DNA from: an uncultured Dehalococcoidaceae bacterium
GTDB lineage: Bacteria; Chloroflexota; Dehalococcoidia; Dehalococcoidales; RBG-16-60-22
NCBI GenBank assembly: GCA_964480145.1
Contig: CAYZOI010000001.1
Span: 4,530 to 68,529, forward strand
Direction of reading: 5' to 3'
DNA: 64,000 bases
In this document: positions 25,495-35,557 of the stretch, one piece after another
Layout of the letters: every line of letters begins with the position of its first letter
Numbering within the stretch: the stretch's first letter is position 1
The notes under the pieces: generated by a model
The model's input: only the letters and a program-made list of their open reading frames with translations
Database searches by the model: none
What the model was told of the DNA's origin: nothing
Program-made: the position numbers and the translations under genes

Positions 25495-26418
25495 CTATTT
25501 CACGGCTTTTGCCCGCGCGAAGGGCAGCCAGCTGATGAACCGCCTCCACTCCCTCTTATCCCAGACCACCAGCATCGTCGGGGCTATGCAGATGGAACTG
25601 AATGTCCCGGCGATAATGCCAATGATGAGAACAGCAACCAGGTTCTGGATGGTGGCGCCAACGAAGAACAGCAGCGCCAGGACTACAATCATCGTGGTAA
25701 GGCTGGTGTTGACAGAGCGCCCGAGCGTTTCTACAAGGCTGTTGTTGACCACCGCCTCAAAGTTAACGCTGATGTCCAGTCGCAGGTTTTCCCTTATCCG
25801 GTCAAAGATGACCACGGTGTTATTTACGCTGTAGCCAATCACCGCCAGAATACCGGTGATGAACATCATGTTTACCTGCCAGTTCAGTATGCCGCCGAGA
25901 ATGGAGAAAACTCCCAGCGCCACCACCGCATCGTGAACGAGGGCGATGATGGCACAGGTGCCGTAGTGGAAAGGCTTGGGCATGCGGCGGAACGCCCAGG
26001 TTACGTACAGCAGTATACCCAGCGCCGCCACCGCCACCGCGATAACCGCCGTCCGCACCGTCTCGGTGGCTATCAGCGGTGATACCGATGAGAACTCGGG
26101 CTCGGTGAGCTGGCCAAACCTGGCTTCAAGCCCGGCTTCCAGCGCTTCCTTATCCTCTGCGTTCAGCTCTATGGTACGTATCAGGTAGTCGCCGGCACCG
26201 GTGCGCTGTACAATCACGTTATCATGACCGAGGTCAGCCAGCGCCACTTCAAGTTCGCCCTGTTCGACTTCCTGCTCAAAGTCGACGGTGAGCATCGAGC
26301 CGCTGCTGAATTCAATTCCCGTTTTCAGGCCGAAGGTCAGCAGGGAGAGAACCCCGAGAAGGATAACCACTCCCGATATCAGAAAGAACCTGAATCTTTT
26401 ACCGACAATATCAAACAT
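25495..26418 (-). CDS. secF: protein translocase subunit SecF
   Basis: 307 aa. SecD/SecF family C-terminal 6-TM core. Overlaps the secD end by 8 nt. Confidence 0.9.
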   Translation of the reverse strand: MFDIVGKRFRFFLISGVVILLGVLSLLTFGLKTGIEFSSGSMLTVDFEQEVEQGELEVALADLGHDNVIVQRTGAGDYLIRTIELNAEDKEALEAGLEARFGQLTEPEFSSVSPLIATETVRTAVIAVAVAALGILLYVTWAFRRMPKPFHYGTCAIIALVHDAVVALGVFSILGGILNWQVNMMFITGILAVIGYSVNNTVVIFDRIRENLRLDISVNFEAVVNNSLVETLGRSVNTSLTTMIVVLALLFFVGATIQNLVAVLIIGIIAGTFSSICIAPTMLVVWDKREWRRFISWLPFARAKAVK

Positions 26419-27733
26419 CTTTCTTACCCACCGATACGCTGAAAAGACGCGTCCTCTTCGACAGCGGACCGCCGACGAACAGTCGCAGCAAGGTTCGGGT
26501 CACCACGATGGCGGAGAACATGCTAACGGCAACACCGATACCCAATGTAACAGCAAAACCTTTTACCGCTGCCCCGCCGACAATGCTATTCCCTACCCAG
26601 AACAGTATGATACATACAATAAAAGTGGTAATATTACTATCCCGGATGGCATTCCAGGCGCGGTTGAAACCGGCTTCGATGGCCGCCCCCAGGGTACGGC
26701 CGGTCCTGACTTCCTCTTTCATCCGCTCAAAGATGAGCACGTTGGCGTCCACCGCCATGCCAATCGACAGTATAAACCCGCCAAGCCCGGCTAACGTTAG
26801 AACAACACCAAACAGCTTGAATACGGCCAGCACTATGGCTCCGTAGAAAACAAGCGAGAGACTGGCCAGAAAGCCGGATACGCGGTAGTACGCCATCATG
26901 AAGAGCATCACCAGAAGTATGCCGATGATGCCCGCTTTTATGCTCATATCGATGAAATCGGCACCCAGTATGGGGGAGACGGTCTGGTCGTAGATAGGGT
27001 TAAGTGGCAGCGGTATGCGCCCGGCATTGAGCAACTGGGACATCTCCTGCGCTTCATTCGGGCTCAGGCCTTCAATCTGCCCGCTATCGATAATCTTGGC
27101 ACGGACGATAGGGGTAATCGGCTCGCCGTCATCCCCAAGAAGCGGTTCCCCGCTTATGAAAATGCCTAGCGGCTCCCCGATAAGTCTGCCGGTAACTTCC
27201 TCGGAGATTTTCCTCCCCTCGCTGTCCCACTCAAAGATGAGCAGCATCTCACCAAACTGACCGGTGGTGACATACGTATTCTCCCGGAAGTAGGAGCTGT
27301 TCAGTTCCTTTTCCTGTCCGCCGATGACGGCGGTTGCCGGCACCCATTCCTCCTCCCCATCATCTTTGACTTTAAGCTCGCGGAATTCGATGAGCGCCGT
27401 CTCTTTAATTCGCTTCTTAGCTTTATCGGCCTCGCTGATGCCCGGCAGCTCCACGATGATACGGTCAGTGCCCTGCTTCTGTACTACCGGTTCTTCTACC
27501 CCAAAGACATTTATCCGCCGCTCGATGACGGCAACAGCGCCGTCAATGGCCTCGCCCTCTTTCTCCGGCTCAATATCCGAGAAATCAGCCTGATAGACCA
27601 AATGGATGCCGCCGCTCAGGTCAAGACCCAGGCGCATTGCCTCCCTGCCCCACAGCGGATACAGGAGAGCAATAATGGCAAAGGCAAAGAGGGCCATTAC
27701 TACGGACATGGTAACCAGGTTTTTCGTGGTCAT
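26411..27733 (-). CDS. secD: protein translocase subunit SecD
   Basis: 440 aa. LGLDLSGG periplasmic-domain motif plus the SecDF membrane core. Confidence 0.9.
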   Translation of the reverse strand: MTTKNLVTMSVVMALFAFAIIALLYPLWGREAMRLGLDLSGGIHLVYQADFSDIEPEKEGEAIDGAVAVIERRINVFGVEEPVVQKQGTDRIIVELPGISEADKAKKRIKETALIEFRELKVKDDGEEEWVPATAVIGGQEKELNSSYFRENTYVTTGQFGEMLLIFEWDSEGRKISEEVTGRLIGEPLGIFISGEPLLGDDGEPITPIVRAKIIDSGQIEGLSPNEAQEMSQLLNAGRIPLPLNPIYDQTVSPILGADFIDMSIKAGIIGILLVMLFMMAYYRVSGFLASLSLVFYGAIVLAVFKLFGVVLTLAGLGGFILSIGMAVDANVLIFERMKEEVRTGRTLGAAIEAGFNRAWNAIRDSNITTFIVCIILFWVGNSIVGGAAVKGFAVTLGIGVAVSMFSAIVVTRTLLRLFVGGPLSKRTRLFSVSVGKKDV

Positions 27734-27745
27734 AGCTTCGAAACG

Positions 27746-29260
27746 CTACTTATCCTTTCGCAAAGAGATATTTAGAGTATGCTGAATATACTGTAAAGCT
27801 TCTTCTCTTGTGGTCACTTCTCCGGCTGCCTGCGCCTCCCGTACCGCCTCAAGTATTTCCGCGAAGCGTGGCCCCGGGCTCAGGCCGGAAAGGTTGATTA
27901 AGTCGTGACCATCCACCAGCTTTGGCGGTGCTGTCAGTTTATCTTCCTCGGCATGTCTGGCCAGCACGTGGGCTATAAGTTCCGCGTGTTCCCGCCAGTG
28001 AGCCATATCAAGGTTCTCTCCCCTCGTGGCCAGATGGTCGGCCAGGCTGAGGAAAAGGATATCAATCCCCGCCTCGCCGGCATCACGGAAGTAACGGTAA
28101 ATCGCCCGGTTGGTCGGCAGGCCCTCATGGCTCATCTGCGTTGGCCGGAGGTGATACCTCACCATTATCTCCACCAGCTTTATCTCCCTGGTGCTGAACC
28201 TCAGCCTCTCCATTATATCAGCCACCGCGAGGGCGCCCTCCTGGGGGTGACCGAGGAAACGCGTCCGTCCGGTCTGCTCAACCATCTTCGTCTGCGGTTT
28301 GGCGATATCGTGCAGCAACGCTGCCAGTCGAAGCAGCGCTTTCCTGATGCTGCTGTGGCCGACTTCGCGTGAAAAGTGCTGTGCCAGTTCCAATGACCAG
28401 GGAACGGCTTCCAGAGCTTCCGCGTCAGCGTATTCCCAGTCGCCTTCTCGGAGCAGAAAATCCACCGCTTTTACCGTACGCAGCGAGTGCACAAAAACAT
28501 CCCAGCAATGCTCCTTCGGCTGCGTCACCCCTTTTGTTTGCACCAGCTCGGGGAAGATACTATCCAGCAGCCCCAAATCCTCAAGAGATTCGAGGTGCCG
28601 ACCCCCACCCGGCAAAACCAGCAGCCGGAGCAGTTCCTCTCTTACCCGCTCACCGGCTACGCTGCCAATAAGATGAGCATAGTGCTTGATGAGCCTTTCT
28701 GTGTCCTCGTCTATCACGAAGGAAAGCTCAGCCGCCAGGCGGACCGCCCGCAGCAGGCGGATGGGGTCATCACCAAAAGCCGACTCACTGACCACCCTTA
28801 TAACACCGCGATTGCAATCCTCCTGCCCGCCGGACGGGTCGATAAGCACCGGAGACTGCGGATTACGGAGCAGCTCTTCCATCTCGATAGCCATGGCATC
28901 TACGGTGAAGTCCCGCCGCGCCAGGTCCGGCTCAATGCCGCCTTCAATGGTGGAAAAATCGAGCTCCCGCTTCCTGTCCTCCACACTGAGCACTACCCTG
29001 CCCACGCCGTGGTCCTCATCCAGTGGCACGTATTTGCCATGCAGGTCGTCAGCCATTCTGGAGGCTACTTCAAGCGCATCATGGGCAACGGCAATATCAA
29101 TATCCTCCACCTGACGCCCGAGCATCATATCACGCACCACGCCGCCGACAAGATACGCGGTTATACCACGGTCGGTAAGATAGTGGTTAACTCGTTTCAG
29201 CAGGGACAGAATGTCCGGTGCGATGTCTGTTTTCACTTCTGTCGTCACTAAAGAGTACAT
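27746..29260 (-). CDS. cca: CCA-adding tRNA nucleotidyltransferase / poly(A) polymerase family with an HD domain
   Basis: 504 aa. LVGGVVRD..DIDI motifs, RRDFT, C-terminal HD (..LLHDIAKP..). Confidence 0.8.
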   Translation of the reverse strand: MYSLVTTEVKTDIAPDILSLLKRVNHYLTDRGITAYLVGGVVRDMMLGRQVEDIDIAVAHDALEVASRMADDLHGKYVPLDEDHGVGRVVLSVEDRKRELDFSTIEGGIEPDLARRDFTVDAMAIEMEELLRNPQSPVLIDPSGGQEDCNRGVIRVVSESAFGDDPIRLLRAVRLAAELSFVIDEDTERLIKHYAHLIGSVAGERVREELLRLLVLPGGGRHLESLEDLGLLDSIFPELVQTKGVTQPKEHCWDVFVHSLRTVKAVDFLLREGDWEYADAEALEAVPWSLELAQHFSREVGHSSIRKALLRLAALLHDIAKPQTKMVEQTGRTRFLGHPQEGALAVADIMERLRFSTREIKLVEIMVRYHLRPTQMSHEGLPTNRAIYRYFRDAGEAGIDILFLSLADHLATRGENLDMAHWREHAELIAHVLARHAEEDKLTAPPKLVDGHDLINLSGLSPGPRFAEILEAVREAQAAGEVTTREEALQYIQHTLNISLRKDK

Positions 29261-29343
29261 CCGTTAAACTATACTGGAAGCGGCGTATTTTATCAAGTCT
29301 GGCTAGCTTGACGCTGGCCTTTGAAGTTGGTTAAGATGGGCCA

Positions 29344-30654
29344 ATGGTAGTCAGAGATTCCCGATTTTCCTACGCTTGGGTCATTGTCGGCATCGTCGTT
29401 ATCAGCATGACATTGATTTATGGCATCAGGCATTCCTTCGCCGTCTTTTTCCCTTCCATTCTGGAAGAATTCGGCTGGAGCCGCGGCAGCACTGCCTTCA
29501 TGCTTTCCCTGAACCTGCTGGTATATGGTTTTCTGGCGCCCCTCGCCGGCAGCCTCGGCGACCGCTGGAAGCCGCAACGCGTCATGCCCATCGGCCTCAT
29601 CGTTCTGGGTCTGGCAACGGTGGGCTGCGCCTTTGCCCGCGAGCTGTGGCATTTCTATTTGCTCCTCGGCGTTGTGGCCGCAATCGGCATGTCCTTCGCC
29701 GGCTGGCCACTGCTGGGTCCGGCGCTGGCCAACTGGTTTTCCCGGAAGCGAGGACTGGCCATGGGGCTGGCACAGACGGGGGCCGGCCTCAGTTTCACCT
29801 ACGGTTTGTACGCCGACTTCGCCATATCGCAGCTGGGCTGGCGCCACGCCTATTTCGTGCTGGCGGGCACGCTCTGGGTAATACTCCTGCCTCTCTACTT
29901 CCTCTTCTTCCGCTTCCGCCCGGAGGGCAAAGGATTAAAAGCCTACGGCGCGGACGAAATTGCACTGGCCAAAGATGAAGCACCTGAAGCGCCTGAAAGC
30001 AAACAGGCCCTATCAGGCGACTGGACTCTCAGGCAGGCAATCGGTACCTATCAGCTCTGGCTGCTGATGCTGACTTATTTCCTCTTCTGGGGCATCGGCG
30101 CCTACATGGTAATCGCGCACCAAGTAAAGTTCGCCGAGGATGTTGGCTACAGCAGCACCTTTGCCACCTCAATCTTTGCCCTTTACGGCTTCAGCCTGAT
30201 GGGGGGGAACCTTTCCGGTGGCATATCAGACCGTATCGGTCGGGAGATGACAATTACGCTGGCCTCCTCGTTGACGATTATTGCCCTTATCGCTCTGGTT
30301 TCAGTCCAAGACACTTCCCAGCCGTGGCTTCTCTATATCTACGCCGTCTGCTTCGGTTACGGAGGCGGCTTTTTCACTCCCACCATGACCGCCGGCGCGG
30401 CGGATATCTTCCACGGGAAGCACTTTGGCGCCATCGCCGGCATACTGCTTACCGGTATGGGAATCGGCGGGGTGATTGGGCCATGGCTGGGTGGCTTAAT
30501 ATACGATATTACCGGCAGCTATACATTCGCTTTTTTCCTCTGTATGACAGCCTTTGCCCTGGCCTGCACCGCGTTCTGGATTGCCGCACCGCGAAACGCA
30601 GACAAACTGAATGTGAAAATGATGAAAATATCCGCAACACCCGACCGGCGTTAA
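29344..30654 (+). CDS. MFS transporter (oxalate/formate-antiporter-like)
   Basis: 436 aa with 12 predicted TM segments and a GDRWKPQR loop motif. Confidence 0.75.
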   Translation: MVVRDSRFSYAWVIVGIVVISMTLIYGIRHSFAVFFPSILEEFGWSRGSTAFMLSLNLLVYGFLAPLAGSLGDRWKPQRVMPIGLIVLGLATVGCAFARELWHFYLLLGVVAAIGMSFAGWPLLGPALANWFSRKRGLAMGLAQTGAGLSFTYGLYADFAISQLGWRHAYFVLAGTLWVILLPLYFLFFRFRPEGKGLKAYGADEIALAKDEAPEAPESKQALSGDWTLRQAIGTYQLWLLMLTYFLFWGIGAYMVIAHQVKFAEDVGYSSTFATSIFALYGFSLMGGNLSGGISDRIGREMTITLASSLTIIALIALVSVQDTSQPWLLYIYAVCFGYGGGFFTPTMTAGAADIFHGKHFGAIAGILLTGMGIGGVIGPWLGGLIYDITGSYTFAFFLCMTAFALACTAFWIAAPRNADKLNVKMMKISATPDRR

Positions 30655-30658
30655 TGCC

Positions 30659-31459
30659 ATGTTATTCCAGAGTGATAAGCCAGTAGACAACCGGACTTTA
30701 GACCAGCTCGCCGAACGGGCGGCAGCACTGGTTGCCGGGGCGGAAAAAATCGTGGTTTTCACCGGCGCCGGCGTCAGCACCGAATCGGGCATACCTGATT
30801 TCCGCAGCCCGGGCGGTATCTGGGACCGCTTTGACCCGGATGATTTTACCTACCAGAAGTTCATCAGCAGTGCCAGTGCCCGGCAAAGACAGTGGCAGTT
30901 GCTCTGGAAAGAGCACCTGACGGAGACAGTGAAGCCAAATCTCGCCCACCATGCCATTGCCGAGCTACACAGATTAAATAAACTCGACTGCGTGATTACC
31001 CAGAACGTGGACAGTCTGCACCAGGTCGCCGGAGTCCCGGATGATAAGGTGTTCGAGCTTCACGGCAGCATGCGCCGGGTAATCTGCCTGCAGTGCCACC
31101 GGAGGTACACTATGCCGGAAGTCAAAGAGCGACTGGATGCCGGCGAGGAAGTCCCTGATTGCGAGGCATGCCACGGTATACTGAAACCGGATATCGTACT
31201 CTTCGGGGAGATGCTGCCGGACGAAGTATTTTCAGAAGCAGCCTCCCGTGCCGAGAATTGCGACCTTTTCATCGTCGTCGGTTCCAGCCTGGTCGTCTAT
31301 CCCGCGGCGCTGCTGCCGAGCTACGCCACCGATGCCGGTACCGAGCTGATAATCATAAACCTGAGCGAAACGCCCATGGACCAGCAGGCGAGCATAATTA
31401 TCAGGGCCAAGGCTGGAGAAGCGATGTCACGAATAATGCGGAAGCTTGCCGGGAAATGA
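30659..31459 (+). CDS. cobB: NAD-dependent protein deacylase (Sir2 family)
   Basis: 266 aa. GAGVSTESGIPDFRS, QNVDSLH, CxxC..CxxC zinc module. Confidence 0.9.
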   Translation: MLFQSDKPVDNRTLDQLAERAAALVAGAEKIVVFTGAGVSTESGIPDFRSPGGIWDRFDPDDFTYQKFISSASARQRQWQLLWKEHLTETVKPNLAHHAIAELHRLNKLDCVITQNVDSLHQVAGVPDDKVFELHGSMRRVICLQCHRRYTMPEVKERLDAGEEVPDCEACHGILKPDIVLFGEMLPDEVFSEAASRAENCDLFIVVGSSLVVYPAALLPSYATDAGTELIIINLSETPMDQQASIIIRAKAGEAMSRIMRKLAGK

Positions 31460-31532
31460 ACGGTTGAATTGACGCCACTCTTCAACTATAATTTAGTGGC
31501 TCTTAAATTTAACGCCTTTTAATGTCCTGTTA

Positions 31533-32507
31533 ATGAAAGCTAAACTTGCCAGCAAAGTGCTTTCCGGCGATACCATCGCCGCCGCCAAGCTCATCAGTGG
31601 CATAGCCGACGAAGCGCCCGGCGCCTTCGAGGAGATGAGCCACATCTATCCCCATACCGGAAAAGCGTACATCATTGGCGTTACCGGCTCACCGGGTGCC
31701 GGCAAGAGCACCCTGACCAGCAACCTCATCGGCCATTTTCGCAAAGAGCCCATGACCATCGGCGTTATCGCCATTGACCCGACGAGCGCCTTCACCGGCG
31801 GAGCATTGCTGGGTGACCGAATCAGGATGCAGCAGCACGGCGAGGATAAAGACGTCTTCATCCGCAGCCTAGCGACACGAGGTTTGCAGGGCGGTCTGGC
31901 CAAAGCCACCATCGAGACCATTCACATCATGGACGCGATGGGCAAAGACATCATCCTTGTTGAGACCGTTGGTTCAGGGCAGATAGAAATAGACATCACC
32001 AGAGTGGCCGATACCACCCTGTTCGTCATGACACCGGAGGCCGGCGACGCCATTCAGATGATGAAAGCGGGCATCCTGGAAGCCACCGATATTTTTGTCA
32101 TCAACAAGGCAGACAGGGGAAATGCCGACATTATCCAGACCGACCTCCAGACAATGCTCTCGATGAGGAACTGGCTTCCTGACGAATGGCAGCCCGGCAT
32201 AGTCTTCACCGAAGCCATCTATGACAAGGGTACCGCAGAGCTGGCGGCTGAAATATCCAGGCACCGGGAGCACCTCACCGTAACCGGCGAGCTGCAGAAA
32301 CGGAAGAAACTGAGATTGAGGCTGGAGCTGATGGAAACGGTGGAAGGGCTCATCAAAGACAGCATCGCCAACATCGACCAAGGCAAGTATCTGGACAAGC
32401 TGATTGACGAGCTGCTCAAGGGAAAATTAAACCCTCAGGCGGCGGCACAACAGCTGGTCAAAAGACTGGCCAGCGACCTTGGCCACGTTAAAAATAACCC
32501 GCAGTAG
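31533..32507 (+). CDS. meaB: MeaB/ArgK-type G3E GTPase (methylmalonyl-CoA mutase accessory)
   Basis: 324 aa. GVTGSPGAGKST, VETVGSGQ, NKAD motifs. Confidence 0.85.
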   Translation: MKAKLASKVLSGDTIAAAKLISGIADEAPGAFEEMSHIYPHTGKAYIIGVTGSPGAGKSTLTSNLIGHFRKEPMTIGVIAIDPTSAFTGGALLGDRIRMQQHGEDKDVFIRSLATRGLQGGLAKATIETIHIMDAMGKDIILVETVGSGQIEIDITRVADTTLFVMTPEAGDAIQMMKAGILEATDIFVINKADRGNADIIQTDLQTMLSMRNWLPDEWQPGIVFTEAIYDKGTAELAAEISRHREHLTVTGELQKRKKLRLRLELMETVEGLIKDSIANIDQGKYLDKLIDELLKGKLNPQAAAQQLVKRLASDLGHVKNNPQ

Positions 32508-32526
32508 ACTTCGTTAGGAGGCAGAG

Positions 32527-33672
32527 ATGGATTTTTCCCTGACCGAAGAGCAGAAGATGCTCAAAGCAATGGTCGCCGATTTTGCTGCCAAGGAACTGGA
32601 GCCAATTGCCGCTCAAATCGATGAAGAGTCCAGGTTCCCTGCGGAAAGCATTCCGAAGATGGCGAGGCTCGGACTCCCCGGGGTCGGTTTTCCCGAGGAG
32701 TACGGCGGCAGCGGCGGCGGTGCCACCGAGTTCTGCCTCGTTATCGAGGAAATCAGTCACGCCTGTGCTGCCACCGCCGCTATTCTCCTGGCCAGCTCCG
32801 GCCTGGTTGCAGAACCGGTCTTTATGCACGGCAGTGAATCGCAGAAAAAACGTTTTGTATCCCCCATCGCCAGTGGTCAGATGCTTGGCGCTTTCGCGCT
32901 GACGGAAGCGGGCGCGGGCAGCGACCCCGCCGCAATGGAGACCACCGCCACCCCCAAAGATAACGGCTATATTCTCAACGGCACCAAGATTTTCATCACC
33001 AATGGCGCTGAAGCCGGCCTCATCCTGGTTTTCGCCACCACTGATAAATCGCTGCGCCACAAAGGGGTTACCGCCTTTGTCGTGGAAAAAGACACCCCCG
33101 GTCTTTCCGTGGGCAAACACGAGCACAAGATGGGCATACGGGGGTCATCAACCGTGGAGCTGGTTTTCGAGGACTGTTTTGTGCCTGAAGAAAATCGCCT
33201 CGGCAACGAAGGTGACGGTTTCAGAATCGCCATCAGCACCATAGACGCCAGCCGGGTCGTGGTCGCCGCTCAGGCGCTGGGCATCGCCCAGGCAGCTTTT
33301 GATCGTGCACTGGCGTACGCCAAAGAACGACAGCAGTTCGGCCAGCCGATAATCAATTTCCAGGCGATTCAGTGGATGCTGGCCGATATGGCCACGCAGA
33401 TTGATGCCGCCAGGCTGCTTATCTACCGCGCCGCTTACCTGCAGGACCAGGGTCAGCCTTTCATCAAAGAGGCATCAATGGCCAAGGTCTATGCCGCGGA
33501 GACCTCCTCGTTCGTGACCAACAAAGCCATCCAGATATTCGGCGGCTACGGCTACGTTAAGGAATACCCGGTGGAACGTTATCTGAGAGATGCCAAAATC
33601 ACCGAAATCTACGAGGGCACCTCCGAGATGCAGCGCATGACCATTGCCCGTCAGCTTATGAAAGAAGGGTGA
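32527..33672 (+). CDS. acyl-CoA dehydrogenase
   Basis: 381 aa. Paralogue of 9173..10330. ..LTEAGAGSD.., ..EIYEGTSEMQ... Confidence 0.9.
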   Translation: MDFSLTEEQKMLKAMVADFAAKELEPIAAQIDEESRFPAESIPKMARLGLPGVGFPEEYGGSGGGATEFCLVIEEISHACAATAAILLASSGLVAEPVFMHGSESQKKRFVSPIASGQMLGAFALTEAGAGSDPAAMETTATPKDNGYILNGTKIFITNGAEAGLILVFATTDKSLRHKGVTAFVVEKDTPGLSVGKHEHKMGIRGSSTVELVFEDCFVPEENRLGNEGDGFRIAISTIDASRVVVAAQALGIAQAAFDRALAYAKERQQFGQPIINFQAIQWMLADMATQIDAARLLIYRAAYLQDQGQPFIKEASMAKVYAAETSSFVTNKAIQIFGGYGYVKEYPVERYLRDAKITEIYEGTSEMQRMTIARQLMKEG

Positions 33673-33865
33673 GGGAGAGGCGATTATCCCTTCTTGTCCA
33701 GTCCCTTTTCCTTCATCATTGCCTTGGTTCGCTTGCTTATCTCATCAGCTTTGGCAAGCAGCCATATCATGATACCCAGACATAGAAGGAAAATGCCAAC
33801 GCCGATGGGCCCTGTCCAGAACAGAATAAGTCACAAGTTGTCCATCTCTTCCCCCTTATTTTAGT

Positions 33866-34282
33866 CTAAACCTCCAGAACAAAGGCAGGGCTGGCGCCCT
33901 CTCCGGCGGAATACTTATCGCCGGCGAAAACACTGGTCTCGGTCATTTTGACCTTTTTACCCATCAGCGCTTCCATGGTCGTCTTCTCCGGTGCAACGCC
34001 GACCAGGTTGCCCATTATCCAGGGCCCTTCGTCAAGCTCAACCAGCAGAATGGTATAGGGCACTTCGTCCTCGCGCCCTTCGGCGGCAACGTTACAGGTG
34101 GTAAAGGTCTGTATCTTGCCGTTGCCTTTCAGTTCCATAACCTCCAGGTCCGGACTGGCACAGCTGCGGCATACCATCTTGGGAGGCACGGTCACGATGC
34201 CACAATTCTCACACTTCAATCCCAGCAGTTTGTTCTGCTTCAGCGCTTCGCTGTATTCTTTATAGCTCAGCTTATATTCCAT
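33866..34282 (-). CDS. DUF35 Zn-ribbon/OB-fold protein (thiolase partner)
   Basis: 138 aa. CxxCG..x..CxxC rubredoxin-like ribbon followed by an OB-fold-like segment. Downstream of the thiolase gene. Confidence 0.8.
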   Translation of the reverse strand: MEYKLSYKEYSEALKQNKLLGLKCENCGIVTVPPKMVCRSCASPDLEVMELKGNGKIQTFTTCNVAAEGREDEVPYTILLVELDEGPWIMGNLVGVAPEKTTMEALMGKKVKMTETSVFAGDKYSAGEGASPAFVLEV

Positions 34283-34311
34283 CTTGGCCTCCAGATATTA
34301 AACAATTCTTA

Positions 34312-35490
34312 TTACCAGCCCCGCTGGAAAATCATATTGACCAGCGTGCAGCCATCCCCGCCCAGGGTATCAGTCATGCCGACCCTGGCGCCCTCAACCT
34401 GACGCTCCGGCTCCACCTCTCCCCTCAGCTGCTTGGCTATCTCATAAACCTGTCCGGCACCGGTGGCACCGATGGGATGCCCTTTCGATTTCAGCCCGCC
34501 GGAAGGATTGATAGCAACTTTTCCGCCGATGCCGGCCTCGCCCTTCACCCAGGCCTCACCAGACGTACCGAAATCGAAAAAGCCGAGACTCTCGGCAGAG
34601 ATGAGGCTGGCGATGCTGAAACAGTCGTGTAGCTCGCAGATATCGATATCCCCGGGTTTGACTCCGGCCATGTCGTAAGCCTGCTGTGCGGATAATTCCC
34701 TGGACCTGAATCGCGGCAGGTACTCCTGCTGGTTGGCCAGAGTTCCGTTGGAAGCCTGTCCCGTGCCGATGACGAAAACCGGCTTATCGGTCAGTTTCTT
34801 AGCGGCCTCCTCCGATGCCAACACCAGAGCAGCGGCGCCATCGGAAAACGGGCAGCAGTCATGCAACTGTATCGGCGTGCTCACCATGAAAGATTTCAGC
34901 ACCGCCTCCATGGTCACCTCTTTGCGCAGATGTGCCTTCGGGTTGAACATGCCATGCTTGTAAGACTGCAATGAAACGGCGGCCATTTGCTCCTTCAACT
35001 TCGGCAGCGGTATGCCGTATTTCGCCGAGTACAGGTGAGCCAGCATGGCGAAGACGGCCGGAAAGGTCAGGCCCGAGGCAAACTCGTAGCGTGAATCACT
35101 GAACATGGCAAAAGTGCGCGTGGCCAGCGGTGTTCCCATGGTGGCCGCCCGCTCCACGCCACCGGTCAGAACCACGTCATAGAAACCGGAAGCCACCCAC
35201 ATCCAGGCATCCCGCACCGCCATGCTCGCCGAGGCGCAAGCGCCTTCATATCGATTGGCCGGCACGTTAAAGCAGCCGATGTTCTCGGCAGCAAAAGCCT
35301 GTACCGAGCCCTGTCCTTCCGTAAAATCCCCCAGCGCGTTGCCCAGGAAAAGGGCCTGAATATCTTTCGGCTTCAGATTTGATTCCGCGAGCGCTTCCGC
35401 AGCCGCTTCGGCAAAGAGCTCAACACTCGTTTTTTCCTGCGGGCCGCTGAAGTTCGTTTCCCCCACGCCAACTACCGCTACTTTGCGCAT
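34312..35490 (-). CDS. thiolase-domain protein (SCP-x / non-specific acyltransferase type)
   Basis: ORF track 34312..35508. ATG35490 (MRKVAVVGVG) is preferred, sitting behind AGGAGGGGAG. Thiolase motifs ..CASASMAV.., ..GHPIGATG... Confidence 0.85.
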   Translation of the reverse strand: MRKVAVVGVGETNFSGPQEKTSVELFAEAAAEALAESNLKPKDIQALFLGNALGDFTEGQGSVQAFAAENIGCFNVPANRYEGACASASMAVRDAWMWVASGFYDVVLTGGVERAATMGTPLATRTFAMFSDSRYEFASGLTFPAVFAMLAHLYSAKYGIPLPKLKEQMAAVSLQSYKHGMFNPKAHLRKEVTMEAVLKSFMVSTPIQLHDCCPFSDGAAALVLASEEAAKKLTDKPVFVIGTGQASNGTLANQQEYLPRFRSRELSAQQAYDMAGVKPGDIDICELHDCFSIASLISAESLGFFDFGTSGEAWVKGEAGIGGKVAINPSGGLKSKGHPIGATGAGQVYEIAKQLRGEVEPERQVEGARVGMTDTLGGDGCTLVNMIFQRGW

Positions 35491-35557
35491 ATCTCCCCTC
35501 CTGTTCAAAGTCTCCCTCTAAATATAACTTACAATATTCCCGATATACCGTCAAACG

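Noticed and set aside
25048-26082. 344-aa plus-strand ORF opposite the CDF transporter and secF
   Set aside because: It is antisense to two strongly supported membrane-protein genes and is a shadow ORF. The same reasoning applies to 35759-36850 (opposite the FeS oxidoreductase), 38967-39914 (opposite PHP/ymdB), 56624-57769 (opposite uvrC), 12915-13703 (opposite feoB) and 28487-29251 (opposite cca).
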